A stretch of 64,000 nucleotides of DNA from Nitrospirota bacterium (lineage in GTDB: Bacteria > Nitrospirota > Nitrospiria > SBBL01 > JAADHI01), in the NCBI GenBank assembly GCA_029261195.1, contig JAJDBU010000048.1, positions 5,814 through 69,813 of the forward strand, written 5' to 3'. The position numbers were made by a program, and so were the translations under genes. The notes beneath the pieces are model-generated. The model did no database searches and was not told the DNA's origin. It saw only the letters and a list, made by a program, of their open reading frames with translations. The first letter of the stretch is position 1. The number at the start of each line of letters is the position of its first letter. Positions 17,538 to 26,680 of the stretch are shown here, piece after piece.

Positions 17538-18440
17538 TCATTCCGGTTTTGCATTGACCTCATACCGCCCCATCCCAAAGGTCGCTCCTTTTCCGACATG
17601 CACCCCTTCCCCCAACTTCAAAAATGGGAGAAAAGACGTTAAATCGCCTTCAAAGACAATCTCCCCGACAAACCCACCTTGCGGGATGCTCTGTCCTTGC
17701 CGCCGGGAATAGCGCTCTTTGTCAACCCAGCGCAAGTTTCTAGAGACGACGCGAATTTCTTCTATATGAGAAGGAATCTTTAATGGAACAATCTCTTCCT
17801 GGTTTGTCCCATGAAAGTACCTCAGGTTTTCGATCCGTCGAAGGAGGGTCCGAAACAAGAGGGCAAAGTCGATCGCTTCGCTTGGCCGCCCCTTTACAAC
17901 AATCCGGGTTGGCGTCAGAAAGCGAACTGTGATCTTGCGACATTCCGTGACCGGTTTTTGATCAAGCTGTAGGGGCTGGACTTCCTTGATTTTAAAATTT
18001 CCTCTCCCCATGCCAATGCCGCGTTCCCCTAGTACCTCAAAAGCCCGAATGAAATACGGGAGGTAGGAGACGGCCTTTCCAATCAAAATCAGACCAATCG
18101 TCATCTTCTCCCCCGGTTCATAGGTCAGCTTTTCCCCCAGCGGCGGTTCAATGACGAAAGGACGCGGAACGGCTTTTCCTTTTGCCATGCGTGTCTTATT
18201 TATTGGATGTGGCGTCTCAAAAATATAGGGATAGGCACAGACCCGGAAGAGTGTGCATTCTGGGCATGGGGTGCGAGGGATGTTGCAGCAGACCGCTTTC
18301 AAGGCATTGCCGAAACCCCCTCGAAGCGTTGAGCCGCTATTTTCAGAAAGGGAGATCGCAGTGATGGGCAGCAAACTAAGCTGATATGAAGAAACAGAGA
18401 GTAAGGTCTCTGTTTCTAGAACAAGATTTTCTCCGATCAT
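17538..18440 (-). CDS. cas6: Cas6-family pre-crRNA endoribonuclease (RAMP)
   Basis: 300 aa. STLRGGFGNALK, a Cys-rich CPECTLFRVCAYPYIFE segment and the C-terminal G-rich loop HVGKGATFGMGRY. Confidence 0.8.
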   Translation of the reverse strand: MIGENLVLETETLLSVSSYQLSLLPITAISLSENSGSTLRGGFGNALKAVCCNIPRTPCPECTLFRVCAYPYIFETPHPINKTRMAKGKAVPRPFVIEPPLGEKLTYEPGEKMTIGLILIGKAVSYLPYFIRAFEVLGERGIGMGRGNFKIKEVQPLQLDQKPVTECRKITVRFLTPTRIVVKGRPSEAIDFALLFRTLLRRIENLRYFHGTNQEEIVPLKIPSHIEEIRVVSRNLRWVDKERYSRRQGQSIPQGGFVGEIVFEGDLTSFLPFLKLGEGVHVGKGATFGMGRYEVNAKPE

Positions 18441-18689
18441 CCTGGCCCCTTATTCCGCTGATAAAAAAATCAGAATATCTTGAGGGAGATAACGCATCTT
18501 AAGAAGAGCTGACGCATATATTATTTTTCTTAGTTTGTTTAGTTTGTTTAGCTGTCGAGCAAAGAAACTGGCTGAATCCTATACCGAAGGTGTTTGGCAC
18601 TTTTTGAAGGTTCTTGCAACTATTCCTCGGAAAAGCGTCGTCGGCAAAGGATCTCTCGGTATCGCGAATACATGAACACCAGAATCAAT

Positions 18690-19895
18690 TCAGTAGGGAT
18701 ATCGGACATCACTTGTTTCCTTTGTTTGCAGTGTCACTTTAGAAATCGGGTCGGCTAGAAAATCCTTAATCAAATGCTCTACCTCTAAAGTATCATTGAC
18801 CCGAACCATGAGCGCGCGCAGGGCTTTCGCTCCCTCAAACCCACGACAATAGGAAGCGAGATGTTTTCTCATGCCGGTGAAATAGATCTTCCCGTTCATC
18901 GATTCAAAAAGACGGGCATGTTGAAGGGCAACAGCAAAACGTTCTTGATGGCTGATTGGTTTTTCCGCAATACTCTGGATATCGACTTCGCTGTCGCAGT
19001 CTTCTCCACCGAATTTTCCCTGCTGTTTTAATAAAGCCCGCGTCATTTCTTTGCGATGAAAGATCCAGGGATTACCCATTGCGGCCCGACCGATTAAAAC
19101 GCCATCAACCCCGGTTTCGCAAACACGCTTAAAGATGTCCTGTTGAGAATGCAAGTCGCCGTTTCCCAGGATGAGGGTATCTGAGCCTTGAGCCGCCTCA
19201 ACCGCTTCAGCAATTTTTCCCCAGTCGGCCTCGCCGCGATAAGCCTGTTTCAGGGTACGGCCATGAATTGCAATTGCTACAGGCTCGGCCGTAAGAAGTT
19301 CAGCAATCCATTCCTTCACAACCACCTGAGTCACACCGATGCGGGTTTTGACAGACACAGGAATCGGCCTTTTTATCTCGGATCGGCGGGATTTGTTTTG
19401 TCGCTCAATGTCGGGAAACCAATCCGCCACTTCCGGACAAATTTTAACAATTGAAAGAGGCTCTCCATTGGCCCAATGATCAATCCCTCGCCTCGTTGCT
19501 TCGACGATGGCCTTTGCACGTGCAGCGTCATTAATCAAGGCCGCCCCCGCACCCATGCCACTGACTTTTTTGCTCGGGCAGCCCATGTTGATATCAATGC
19601 CGTCAAAACCCAATTCGCAAACCAACTGGGCAACATGAAAAAAAGGCTCGGGCCTCGGGCCGTAGAGTTGGGCAATTACGGGAGATTCACTTGCATGAAA
19701 GGCAAGTCCCAATAGGGCATTTCTTGCCCCGTGGCAGATGCCGTCTACACTTAAAAATTCAGTCATGATGAGATCCGGCCGCCCGTGAATCGCCATCATG
19801 CGCCTGAAACAGGGATCCGTCACGCCATCCATCGGCGACAGCCCGATAATGGGTTTTTCAAGTTGATGCCAAAAATGTTTGCCTGTTTTAAGCAA
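18690..19895 (-). CDS. dus: tRNA-dihydrouridine synthase family protein with C-terminal extension
   Basis: GLSPMDGVTDPCFRRMM, DINMGCP and a HGRT-type motif (IAIHGRTLKQAYRGEADW). Confidence 0.85.
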   Translation of the reverse strand: MLKTGKHFWHQLEKPIIGLSPMDGVTDPCFRRMMAIHGRPDLIMTEFLSVDGICHGARNALLGLAFHASESPVIAQLYGPRPEPFFHVAQLVCELGFDGIDINMGCPSKKVSGMGAGAALINDAARAKAIVEATRRGIDHWANGEPLSIVKICPEVADWFPDIERQNKSRRSEIKRPIPVSVKTRIGVTQVVVKEWIAELLTAEPVAIAIHGRTLKQAYRGEADWGKIAEAVEAAQGSDTLILGNGDLHSQQDIFKRVCETGVDGVLIGRAAMGNPWIFHRKEMTRALLKQQGKFGGEDCDSEVDIQSIAEKPISHQERFAVALQHARLFESMNGKIYFTGMRKHLASYCRGFEGAKALRALMVRVNDTLEVEHLIKDFLADPISKVTLQTKETSDVRYPY

Positions 19896-20005
19896 GTCAC
19901 TTCCTTCGTCTTAGGGCTTGAGAAAAACAAGCTGTACCGATTACCCTCCGGTTTAGGTATCATAGCCTGTGCTGTGGATTCAAACCTAAACCCTGCAAGT
20001 GGAGA

Positions 20006-20476
20006 GTGTGCGACATGATTGAGCAAATTGATCACATCAATATCGTCGTCAATGATCTGGAAAAGATGATCCTCTTTTACGAGAAGCAACTTGGTTTCAA
20101 ACTCTCAAAACGTGTTGAGATTAGCGGGGCCTGGATTGAGCAGCTTGTGGGTTTAAAAGAGGCGCGGGCAGAGGTGGTTTATCTCGAATTGCCCTCCGGC
20201 CCGAGGATTGAGTTGATCCGTTATCTTTCACCAAGCGGTCAGCGACCGCAAGCTTTAAATATTCCGAATACGATGGGGATACGCCACATGGCATTTAGAG
20301 TCAGCAATATCAAAACGTGGGTTGCCCGACTGAAAAAAGAAGGGATCTCTTTTTTCGGCGACATTCAAACAGTGCCGGACATTCAGGTGACTTATGCCGG
20401 GGGAGTGAAAAAAAGTCTGGTTTATTTTCACGACCCCGAAGGTAATATCCTGGAGTTCTGTGAATATTCTGCTTAG
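20006..20476 (+). CDS. VOC/glyoxalase-family protein
   Basis: 156 aa. IDHINIVVNDLEKMILFYEKQLGF, GIRHMAF and DPEGNILEF are typical of the glyoxalase/bleomycin-resistance fold. Confidence 0.75.
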   Translation: MCDMIEQIDHINIVVNDLEKMILFYEKQLGFKLSKRVEISGAWIEQLVGLKEARAEVVYLELPSGPRIELIRYLSPSGQRPQALNIPNTMGIRHMAFRVSNIKTWVARLKKEGISFFGDIQTVPDIQVTYAGGVKKSLVYFHDPEGNILEFCEYSA

Positions 20477-20489
20477 GGAGCATTCTCAA

Positions 20490-23231
20490 TTAGGGAGACA
20501 AAGCGATCATCTTTTCCTTTAGCACCGCTTCAAAGCCTTCGGCAGAAAGCGGTTTCGCTATGAGATACCCTTGTCCTCCGTCGCATCCCAGACCTTTCAG
20601 AAAGGACATCTCCTGATCTGTCTCTATGCCCATTGCCAAAACTTTCATATTGAGATGATGGCCCATACTCACAATCGCACTGACCAGAGAGATTTTTTTG
20701 GGATCAAGGGAAAAGTTTTGGATAAAGGGTTTGTCGATTTTCAGCTGGTCAATGGGATGCCTGGAGAGCTTGCTTAAAGGAATGTGCTCTCTCCCAAAGT
20801 CATGAATCGATAATTTAACCCCAAGATCCTTAAGTTTCTTATATCTTGCATTCCATTTGTCGTCTTTTTCAAGCAGAAAACCGCCTACAATCTCAATCGT
20901 TAAGTGCTGCGCTAAAAGGCCACTCTCCTCCAAGGCCTGCTTGAGGACGGCGTCGAAATCGCTATCGTTGAGCTGGCGATTTGATACGTTTACAGAAATA
21001 GCGCCGCTATACCGATAGTCATCACGCCAATGCTTGGCCTGCTTGCAGGCTTTTTTAAGCGCCCATTCCCCGATTTCGCAAATCAGATCCGATTTTTCCG
21101 CAGTCGGCATAAATTGATCCGGTAAGATGAGGCCGTGATCGGGATGCTCCCAGCGGATTAAGGCTTCCAGGCCGATTGTTTTTGATGAAACCAGATCAAT
21201 GATCGCTTGGTAGTAAATGACAAATTCCTGCTGCTCTATTCCTCTTCTGATGTCACTTTCCAGGGGAGAATACTTTTCTGTCCTGAGTTCCCGATTAAAG
21301 AAATAGAAGCGGTTTCGCCCGAGCGATTTTGCCTGATACATCGCCCTGTCCGCATTATTCAAAAGTACCGCAATCTCCTCTCCGTCGTCCGGAATGATGG
21401 TGATGCCGATACTGGCGCTAATAGATATATTACGGTCGTTTATAAGGAAGGGAGAAGACAACTTTTCGATAATCTTGTTCGTTACAACAACACTGTCTTT
21501 ACGGTCAGTAATATCTGAAAGGATGACAAGGAATTCGTCGCCGCTATAACGGGCAACCGTATCGGCCTCCCGAATACAGGTCAGCATACGCTTGCCTGCT
21601 TCATTCAGAATCCGGTCTCCGGCCATATGACCGAAGGTATCATTGACTTGCTTAAACTTATCGAGGTCTAGGAATAGGAGCGCTGATTTTTTTCGGTTTC
21701 GTTTGGTCAATTTGATGTTTTGTAAGAGGCGCTCTTTAAAAAGAGTGCGATTTGGCAAGCCGGTCAGTTCATCGTAGTGGGCACGGCGATAGAGCTTCGT
21801 CTCGTCCTCTTTACGCCCGGTGATGTCGATATAGAAAGCGACATACTGTATGACATTCCCCTGCTTGTCCTTAAGCGCCGTAATTGAGAGCCATTCCGGA
21901 AAAATTTCCCCATTTTTACGGCGGTTCCAAATTTCTCCAGCCCAATGACCGCTTGTTGTAATTTTATCCCACATGGCTTTATAAAAGCCTTTGTCGTGTC
22001 TTTTAGACTTTAGAATGCTTGGATTTTTTCCGATCACTTCTTCAACAGAATAACCGGTAATCCGCGAAAATGCCGGATTGACCGACAAGATGTTGCCATG
22101 AAGGTCTGTTGAAATAATGGCTTCGTTTGCGGCATTAATCAGCGTTGTGGCTAAGTACTCTTTTTTTTCAGCCTTTTTATGTGCTGCAATGCCTTGCATA
22201 AAAATATTAAAAAAATAAGATGGCCCTATTTTAGTCATCCAGAGCACCATCTCTACCGGAAACTCTTTTCCGCTTCGATGTTCGGCGGACAGGAATATGC
22301 GTTTGAACAAGGCATCGTCTCCCTCGGCCAGAAAATGATGAATGCTCATTTTGCGTATTTCTCGTAATCTCTGAGGGATAATGATTTCATTGAACAATCT
22401 TCCAATCACCTCTTTTTTAGACCAACCAAAGATAAGCTCCGCCTGATGGTCCCAAAAAATGATTGTTCCGCTTGCATCAATTTGAATAAAAGGGGCGCGG
22501 GATTTCCTGAGCCTGAGGTCTTTGGACAAGCGGGTTTTTCGGAGTAGGTCCTCTGCATGTTTTCGTTCTGCAATTTTAGCTCTCAGGATTTCCAGGGAGT
22601 GTTCCGCTTGATCGTCCATTGAGATAATGGTTCCGTGTGCATCAATCTGAACAAAGAGAGGACCTGAGGTTTTAAATCTTAAGTCTTTAGGTAACTTTTT
22701 TTTTCGGAGTACCTCCTCCGCATATTTTCGATCTACAATTTTAGGCCTCAGGGTTTCCATCACTGTATTAATTTCTGAACTTCTCTTTTTTACGATTTCT
22801 TTAAGGGCTTCGCGGTGACGCCTAATCTCGGTAATATCCAGACCTGCTGCAAAAATACCAACAGAGGCCCCCTGCTTACCTAAAATCGGAACAACATTCC
22901 ATGACAAGTGGGTCGCTCGAAAATCACTAGACATCACTCGCCCTTCAAAACCGATGCAGGGCTCTCCTGCCAGAATTTGCCTGATATCCTCTGCAGCCTT
23001 CTTCCATTTAGATTTCGGAAGAAAAAGTTCAAAATAGTCCTTTCCCAGAACCTCTTCCCGTCTCAGTCCATAAACCTGCTCTGCCTCTTTATTAAATTCA
23101 AGAATGAGGTGAGTGGGAGACAGATAGACCAAGACCCGATTATCGGTCTGAAGAAGCGAATGAAGTCGGGCCTCCTTTCTTTTCAAGGCTTCGACAAAGG
23201 CATCGCTGATTTTCCTGAGTTCTTTATTCAT
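20490..23231 (-). CDS. Multi-PAS GGDEF-EAL c-di-GMP signalling protein
   Basis: 913 aa. PAS segments, a GGDEF domain with the variant RYSGDEFLVIL motif, and an EAL domain (EALIRWEHPD, QGYLIAKPL). Confidence 0.9.
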   Translation of the reverse strand: MNKELRKISDAFVEALKRKEARLHSLLQTDNRVLVYLSPTHLILEFNKEAEQVYGLRREEVLGKDYFELFLPKSKWKKAAEDIRQILAGEPCIGFEGRVMSSDFRATHLSWNVVPILGKQGASVGIFAAGLDITEIRRHREALKEIVKKRSSEINTVMETLRPKIVDRKYAEEVLRKKKLPKDLRFKTSGPLFVQIDAHGTIISMDDQAEHSLEILRAKIAERKHAEDLLRKTRLSKDLRLRKSRAPFIQIDASGTIIFWDHQAELIFGWSKKEVIGRLFNEIIIPQRLREIRKMSIHHFLAEGDDALFKRIFLSAEHRSGKEFPVEMVLWMTKIGPSYFFNIFMQGIAAHKKAEKKEYLATTLINAANEAIISTDLHGNILSVNPAFSRITGYSVEEVIGKNPSILKSKRHDKGFYKAMWDKITTSGHWAGEIWNRRKNGEIFPEWLSITALKDKQGNVIQYVAFYIDITGRKEDETKLYRRAHYDELTGLPNRTLFKERLLQNIKLTKRNRKKSALLFLDLDKFKQVNDTFGHMAGDRILNEAGKRMLTCIREADTVARYSGDEFLVILSDITDRKDSVVVTNKIIEKLSSPFLINDRNISISASIGITIIPDDGEEIAVLLNNADRAMYQAKSLGRNRFYFFNRELRTEKYSPLESDIRRGIEQQEFVIYYQAIIDLVSSKTIGLEALIRWEHPDHGLILPDQFMPTAEKSDLICEIGEWALKKACKQAKHWRDDYRYSGAISVNVSNRQLNDSDFDAVLKQALEESGLLAQHLTIEIVGGFLLEKDDKWNARYKKLKDLGVKLSIHDFGREHIPLSKLSRHPIDQLKIDKPFIQNFSLDPKKISLVSAIVSMGHHLNMKVLAMGIETDQEMSFLKGLGCDGGQGYLIAKPLSAEGFEAVLKEKMIALSP

Positions 23232-23532
23232 TCGTTACCATTTTGAACAATAATTACGATGAGTCTTGTCTGGATAAAATATCATCATACTATATTATAT
23301 GCAATAATAATTTATTATTTATCAAAATTAAGGGTTTTTATACCATTCATTCTTAGGGGGGATATACCACAAAAACAGGGATACCTCGCTTTAGAACAAA
23401 CAGATCGCCACAAGACGCAGAGCTTACTGTGAATTAGGGGAGGACTTTTATTTTCATCGACTGAGGGGAAGAGGATACAAGGCTTTACGGGTCGTTTCCG
23501 GGATTTTCGCCGGAAGAGAGGTCTGACGATTT

Positions 23533-24414
23533 TCACTCAGGCTTCGAGTTGGCCCCTGTTTGCAGGAGGGTTTGCGCCAGAACCTTTGCTTTTTCTTTTA
23601 AGGAAAGTCGGATTGAACGGTCAAGAACATCAAAGGGCTTGGCCTCGATGCGGTCGATCAGCGCAATATAAACATTCATCATGAGGGCGATCGCCGTGCG
23701 GGCGTCTTGATCGACAATAGAAATTAAACCCGAAGCCTGATCAAAACAGGTTCTGATTCTAAGACATTGAAAATCCAACATCCGTAAAAAAGCATCGTTT
23801 TTGACGCCTTGAAGTAATTCGGCTTCTGAATAGCCTGCGGCCTCGATTTCTTTGAGGGGAAGATAAATCCGGTTGCGCTCAAGATCTTCTCCAACATCCC
23901 GAACGATGTTGGTCAATTGCAGGGCGGTCGAGAGGGCACGGCCACAGGCACTTCCTTTCTCACCGCTACATCCGAAAATGGGCAGGGACAAATCTCTAAT
24001 GGTCGTCGCAACACAATCGCAATAGACCATCAGGTCCTCAAAAGTTTCATAACGATTGATGTTGAGGTCCATCCGGCATCCCTCAATCAAACCTAAAAAA
24101 CCTGCTTTCGGGATGGGGTAGGACTTGATTGCATCGGCGAGCGCGATGGTAATCGGATGTGTCGGTTCTTGATTGTAGCAACGGTCGAGTTCCTCTTCCC
24201 AGGATTGAAGTAATCCTTCCATCGGCTGTTCCTGCCCCTCATCGACAATGTCATCGGCATAGCGGCAAAAGGCGTAAACGGCATAGATCGCCTGCCGCTT
24301 TTCGGGGGGAAGGAATTTGAAGCCAATCGAAAAATGAGGCCCGGAACGATTGGTGAGTTCTTTACAGTATTTATGGGCGGAGGTCAGTGTGTCAGTCATG
24401 TTATTCATCATCAT
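23533..24414 (-). CDS. Squalene/phytoene synthase family protein (HpnD/CrtB-like)
   Basis: 293 aa. AIYAVYAFCRYADDIVDE and NIVRDVGEDLERNRIYLP are the two Asp-rich motifs. Confidence 0.8.
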   Translation of the reverse strand: MMMNNMTDTLTSAHKYCKELTNRSGPHFSIGFKFLPPEKRQAIYAVYAFCRYADDIVDEGQEQPMEGLLQSWEEELDRCYNQEPTHPITIALADAIKSYPIPKAGFLGLIEGCRMDLNINRYETFEDLMVYCDCVATTIRDLSLPIFGCSGEKGSACGRALSTALQLTNIVRDVGEDLERNRIYLPLKEIEAAGYSEAELLQGVKNDAFLRMLDFQCLRIRTCFDQASGLISIVDQDARTAIALMMNVYIALIDRIEAKPFDVLDRSIRLSLKEKAKVLAQTLLQTGANSKPE

Positions 24415-24491
24415 GTTGGTTCAGTGTCATTCCCGAGAAGGCGGGAATCCACAGTCAGCGCTTTGTTATAATGCATGTTACTCTCCAGCAT

Positions 24492-24911
24492 TTAAGCACA
24501 CCAGTTTTCAATGCTTAGACCTCGCACACGTTCAAATTCTTTCACGTTATTGGTCACGAGGGTTTTATGGAGTGAGCGCACATGGGCCGCTATCCATAAA
24601 TCATTATTCCCGATAAGCAGGCCTTTTGATGCCAAGTCGGCCCTGATTTCTGCGTAATGTCGTGCGACCTCTTTTCCGATGGGGATCACCGATATCATCG
24701 CCACCAGTTCATCTAATATGTTTTTTGCCTTTTCACTGTTTTGACTTCGATAAGCGCCATAAAGCAGTTCGCCGTGGGTGACCAGGGACATCGCCACCGA
24801 GCCAAGGCGCAGGCTGGAAAACTTTTTCAGGACTTCGGGAGGGCTTTCCTTGGCAATGTAGATACAGATGTTGGTATCCAAAACATACTGGCAACTATTC
24901 ATATCACCCAC
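24492..24911 (-). CDS. vapC: PIN-domain toxin VapC
   Basis: YVLDTNICIY at the N-terminus, IGNNDLWIAAH and LVTNNVKEFERV. Paired with an upstream AbrB-type antitoxin. Confidence 0.8.
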   Translation of the reverse strand: MGDMNSCQYVLDTNICIYIAKESPPEVLKKFSSLRLGSVAMSLVTHGELLYGAYRSQNSEKAKNILDELVAMISVIPIGKEVARHYAEIRADLASKGLLIGNNDLWIAAHVRSLHKTLVTNNVKEFERVRGLSIENWCA

Positions 24912-25041
24912 CTAAGCCTCCGTGGAGGCGGTGATGTGGTGCTCAAATCCTCACGTATCGACACATACGCTCCAATTTTCCCCTCCTCGCGCCTTGCCAC
25001 AAAGGGAAATTAGGCAATCTGAATATCACCATACCGCACCA

Positions 25042-25269
25042 TCACAAAGCGTCTCTTTCCTGAGGGCTTTGGTCTTCTCGCCCCGCCTGCATGAAATCAT
25101 CCGGCATTTGCTTCAATAATTTAAAGGCCTGAGCCAGATTTTTTGCCTTGGGTCGCAGAATAACCTCTTCTCCTCGTTTGAAAATTTCGACTTCTGAAAC
25201 ATCAAACCGGAATTCTTTCGGCAAACGCACGGCCTGGCTGTTACCCGACTGAAAGACTTTGGCTAACAT
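25042..25269 (-). CDS. vapB: AbrB/SpoVT-type antitoxin VapB
   Basis: 75 aa. MLAKVFQSGNSQAVRLPKEFRF is the classic SpoVT/AbrB swapped-hairpin N-terminus. Confidence 0.8.
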   Translation of the reverse strand: MLAKVFQSGNSQAVRLPKEFRFDVSEVEIFKRGEEVILRPKAKNLAQAFKLLKQMPDDFMQAGREDQSPQERDAL

Positions 25270-25383
25270 AGGATTTTACCTTCCAATGAATGTATGCACA
25301 TAAAAGTATATACACTTATTGTTGCGTTTGTAAAGGAGGCAACATCGGACCGCATTGATTTTTTGGGCTTAGGGAAGCTCTGT

Positions 25384-26544
25384 TTAAGACTCATTGACAA
25401 TCGGTCCCAGTTCCATCTCGGAGGAGACCTCTGTTTTTTTACGACACCAATGTTCTGGGATGCGGTGGCGGCAGGCGTCGTTTTGCCGCCAGGCCCTTTT
25501 TAACAGAGGCAGGAGTAGCGCTTTCCATCTGTCGAGCCGATGCCATTTTTTTAAATAAAGTCGCAGATCCTGACGCCCGGCGCGCTTGATAAAGGTGGAG
25601 AGTCCTGCATTGCCACCCAGTTCATAAAAAAATCGATTCACGAGGCCGACCTCTTGACCCGGTCCGACCTCCTTTTTCCAGAGCACATCGTAGTCGAGGT
25701 TTTGAATAATGCTTTCCGCTGCGGCGAAACCGGTGCTTAAGGCATAGCGGATACCGAGCCCAAAGAGGTAGTCCTGAAATCCCGCAACCTCTCCGACATA
25801 GAGACGACCACCACTTTTCGCCGATTTTTTGAGGCAGAAATTCATGAAGGAGTAGCCCGTCTTTTCGTCTTTGGTTTCAAAGGCAGAGATTTCCTGAAAA
25901 CGTTTCAATGCCCTGTCAAAATAGTCATTAATACGATCAAAACCGCGTGTAACGGCGCAGCCGAATGTCCCTTTGCCATCGATAATAAAAAGATAGCTGT
26001 AGGCTCCGGGCGCGATGTCCATATCAAAAAGCACTGAAACGGTGTTGTCATGAGATGAGGAGAAGGTCATCTCTTTGGCCAAGCCGTCCGGAACAGCGGG
26101 ACCTGTCGCAACGATATCGACGGCTTCTGCCTTGGCTCTCGTGCGGTAGTGAATTTGAACGCCGATTTCCATCGCCTGGGCCAGTAGGCCTCGGTCGAGT
26201 GTGCCCTCTCCCGGACCCCGCCGGATGAAATAGGCAAAAGGGAGCTCACTTTTTACCGTTTGAGATTTTAGACGATGGTCATAAAATTCGGCACGGTAAA
26301 TAGCTTTGAAGAAGAAATTTTTCTCAATGCCGATTCTCGCCAACATGTCAACGGCATCTTCGGGGCGGCTTGCATTTTCGATGGTTTGAAAGTCATTGAT
26401 GAAGCGTCCGCCGACCGTTGACCTCGCCTCAAATATTTCAACGGCATAACCCGCCCTGGCTAAATGGATCGCAGCCGCCAGGCCCGCCGGACCCGCTCCG
26501 GCGATCTTGATTGTTCTTTTTTTTTGCCTATGAGAAAAGTTCAT
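25384..26544 (-). CDS. FAD-dependent oxidoreductase (geranylgeranyl-reductase-like)
   Basis: N-terminal dinucleotide-binding motif IKIAGAGPAGLAAAIHLARAGYAVEIFE. Confidence 0.7.
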   Translation of the reverse strand: MNFSHRQKKRTIKIAGAGPAGLAAAIHLARAGYAVEIFEARSTVGGRFINDFQTIENASRPEDAVDMLARIGIEKNFFFKAIYRAEFYDHRLKSQTVKSELPFAYFIRRGPGEGTLDRGLLAQAMEIGVQIHYRTRAKAEAVDIVATGPAVPDGLAKEMTFSSSHDNTVSVLFDMDIAPGAYSYLFIIDGKGTFGCAVTRGFDRINDYFDRALKRFQEISAFETKDEKTGYSFMNFCLKKSAKSGGRLYVGEVAGFQDYLFGLGIRYALSTGFAAAESIIQNLDYDVLWKKEVGPGQEVGLVNRFFYELGGNAGLSTFIKRAGRQDLRLYLKKWHRLDRWKALLLPLLKRAWRQNDACRHRIPEHWCRKKTEVSSEMELGPIVNES

Positions 26545-26680
26545 TGGGGGAGTTCATTATTGAGAGCGTTCGGAGAAAAACAAGTTGTCCGGACGTGAGT
26601 TTATAGCATATAATGCGGCCTGTCAACGCAAGCGAATGTGGAATTTTCCCCTATGAAAACAAAGATTTAAAGGAATAAAA

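Noticed and set aside
16844-17599. 251-aa minus-strand ORF covering the whole vapBC region
   Set aside because: It lies antisense to two ORFs with clear family signatures, RBSs and ATGA coupling. Its own sequence has no recognisable features, and it overlaps the cas6 3' end.
24427-24451. REP-like hairpin TCATTCCCGAGAAGGCGGGAATCCA between vapC and the HpnD-like gene
   Set aside because: There is a single copy in the window and no T-tract. A dispersed repeat family cannot be established from this sequence alone.
24912-25041. 130-nt gap between vapB and vapC (24492-25269) as a regulatory hairpin sequestering the vapC RBS
   Set aside because: The GCCTCC/GGAGGC palindrome has only a 2-nt loop and is unlikely to fold. 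There is no further support.
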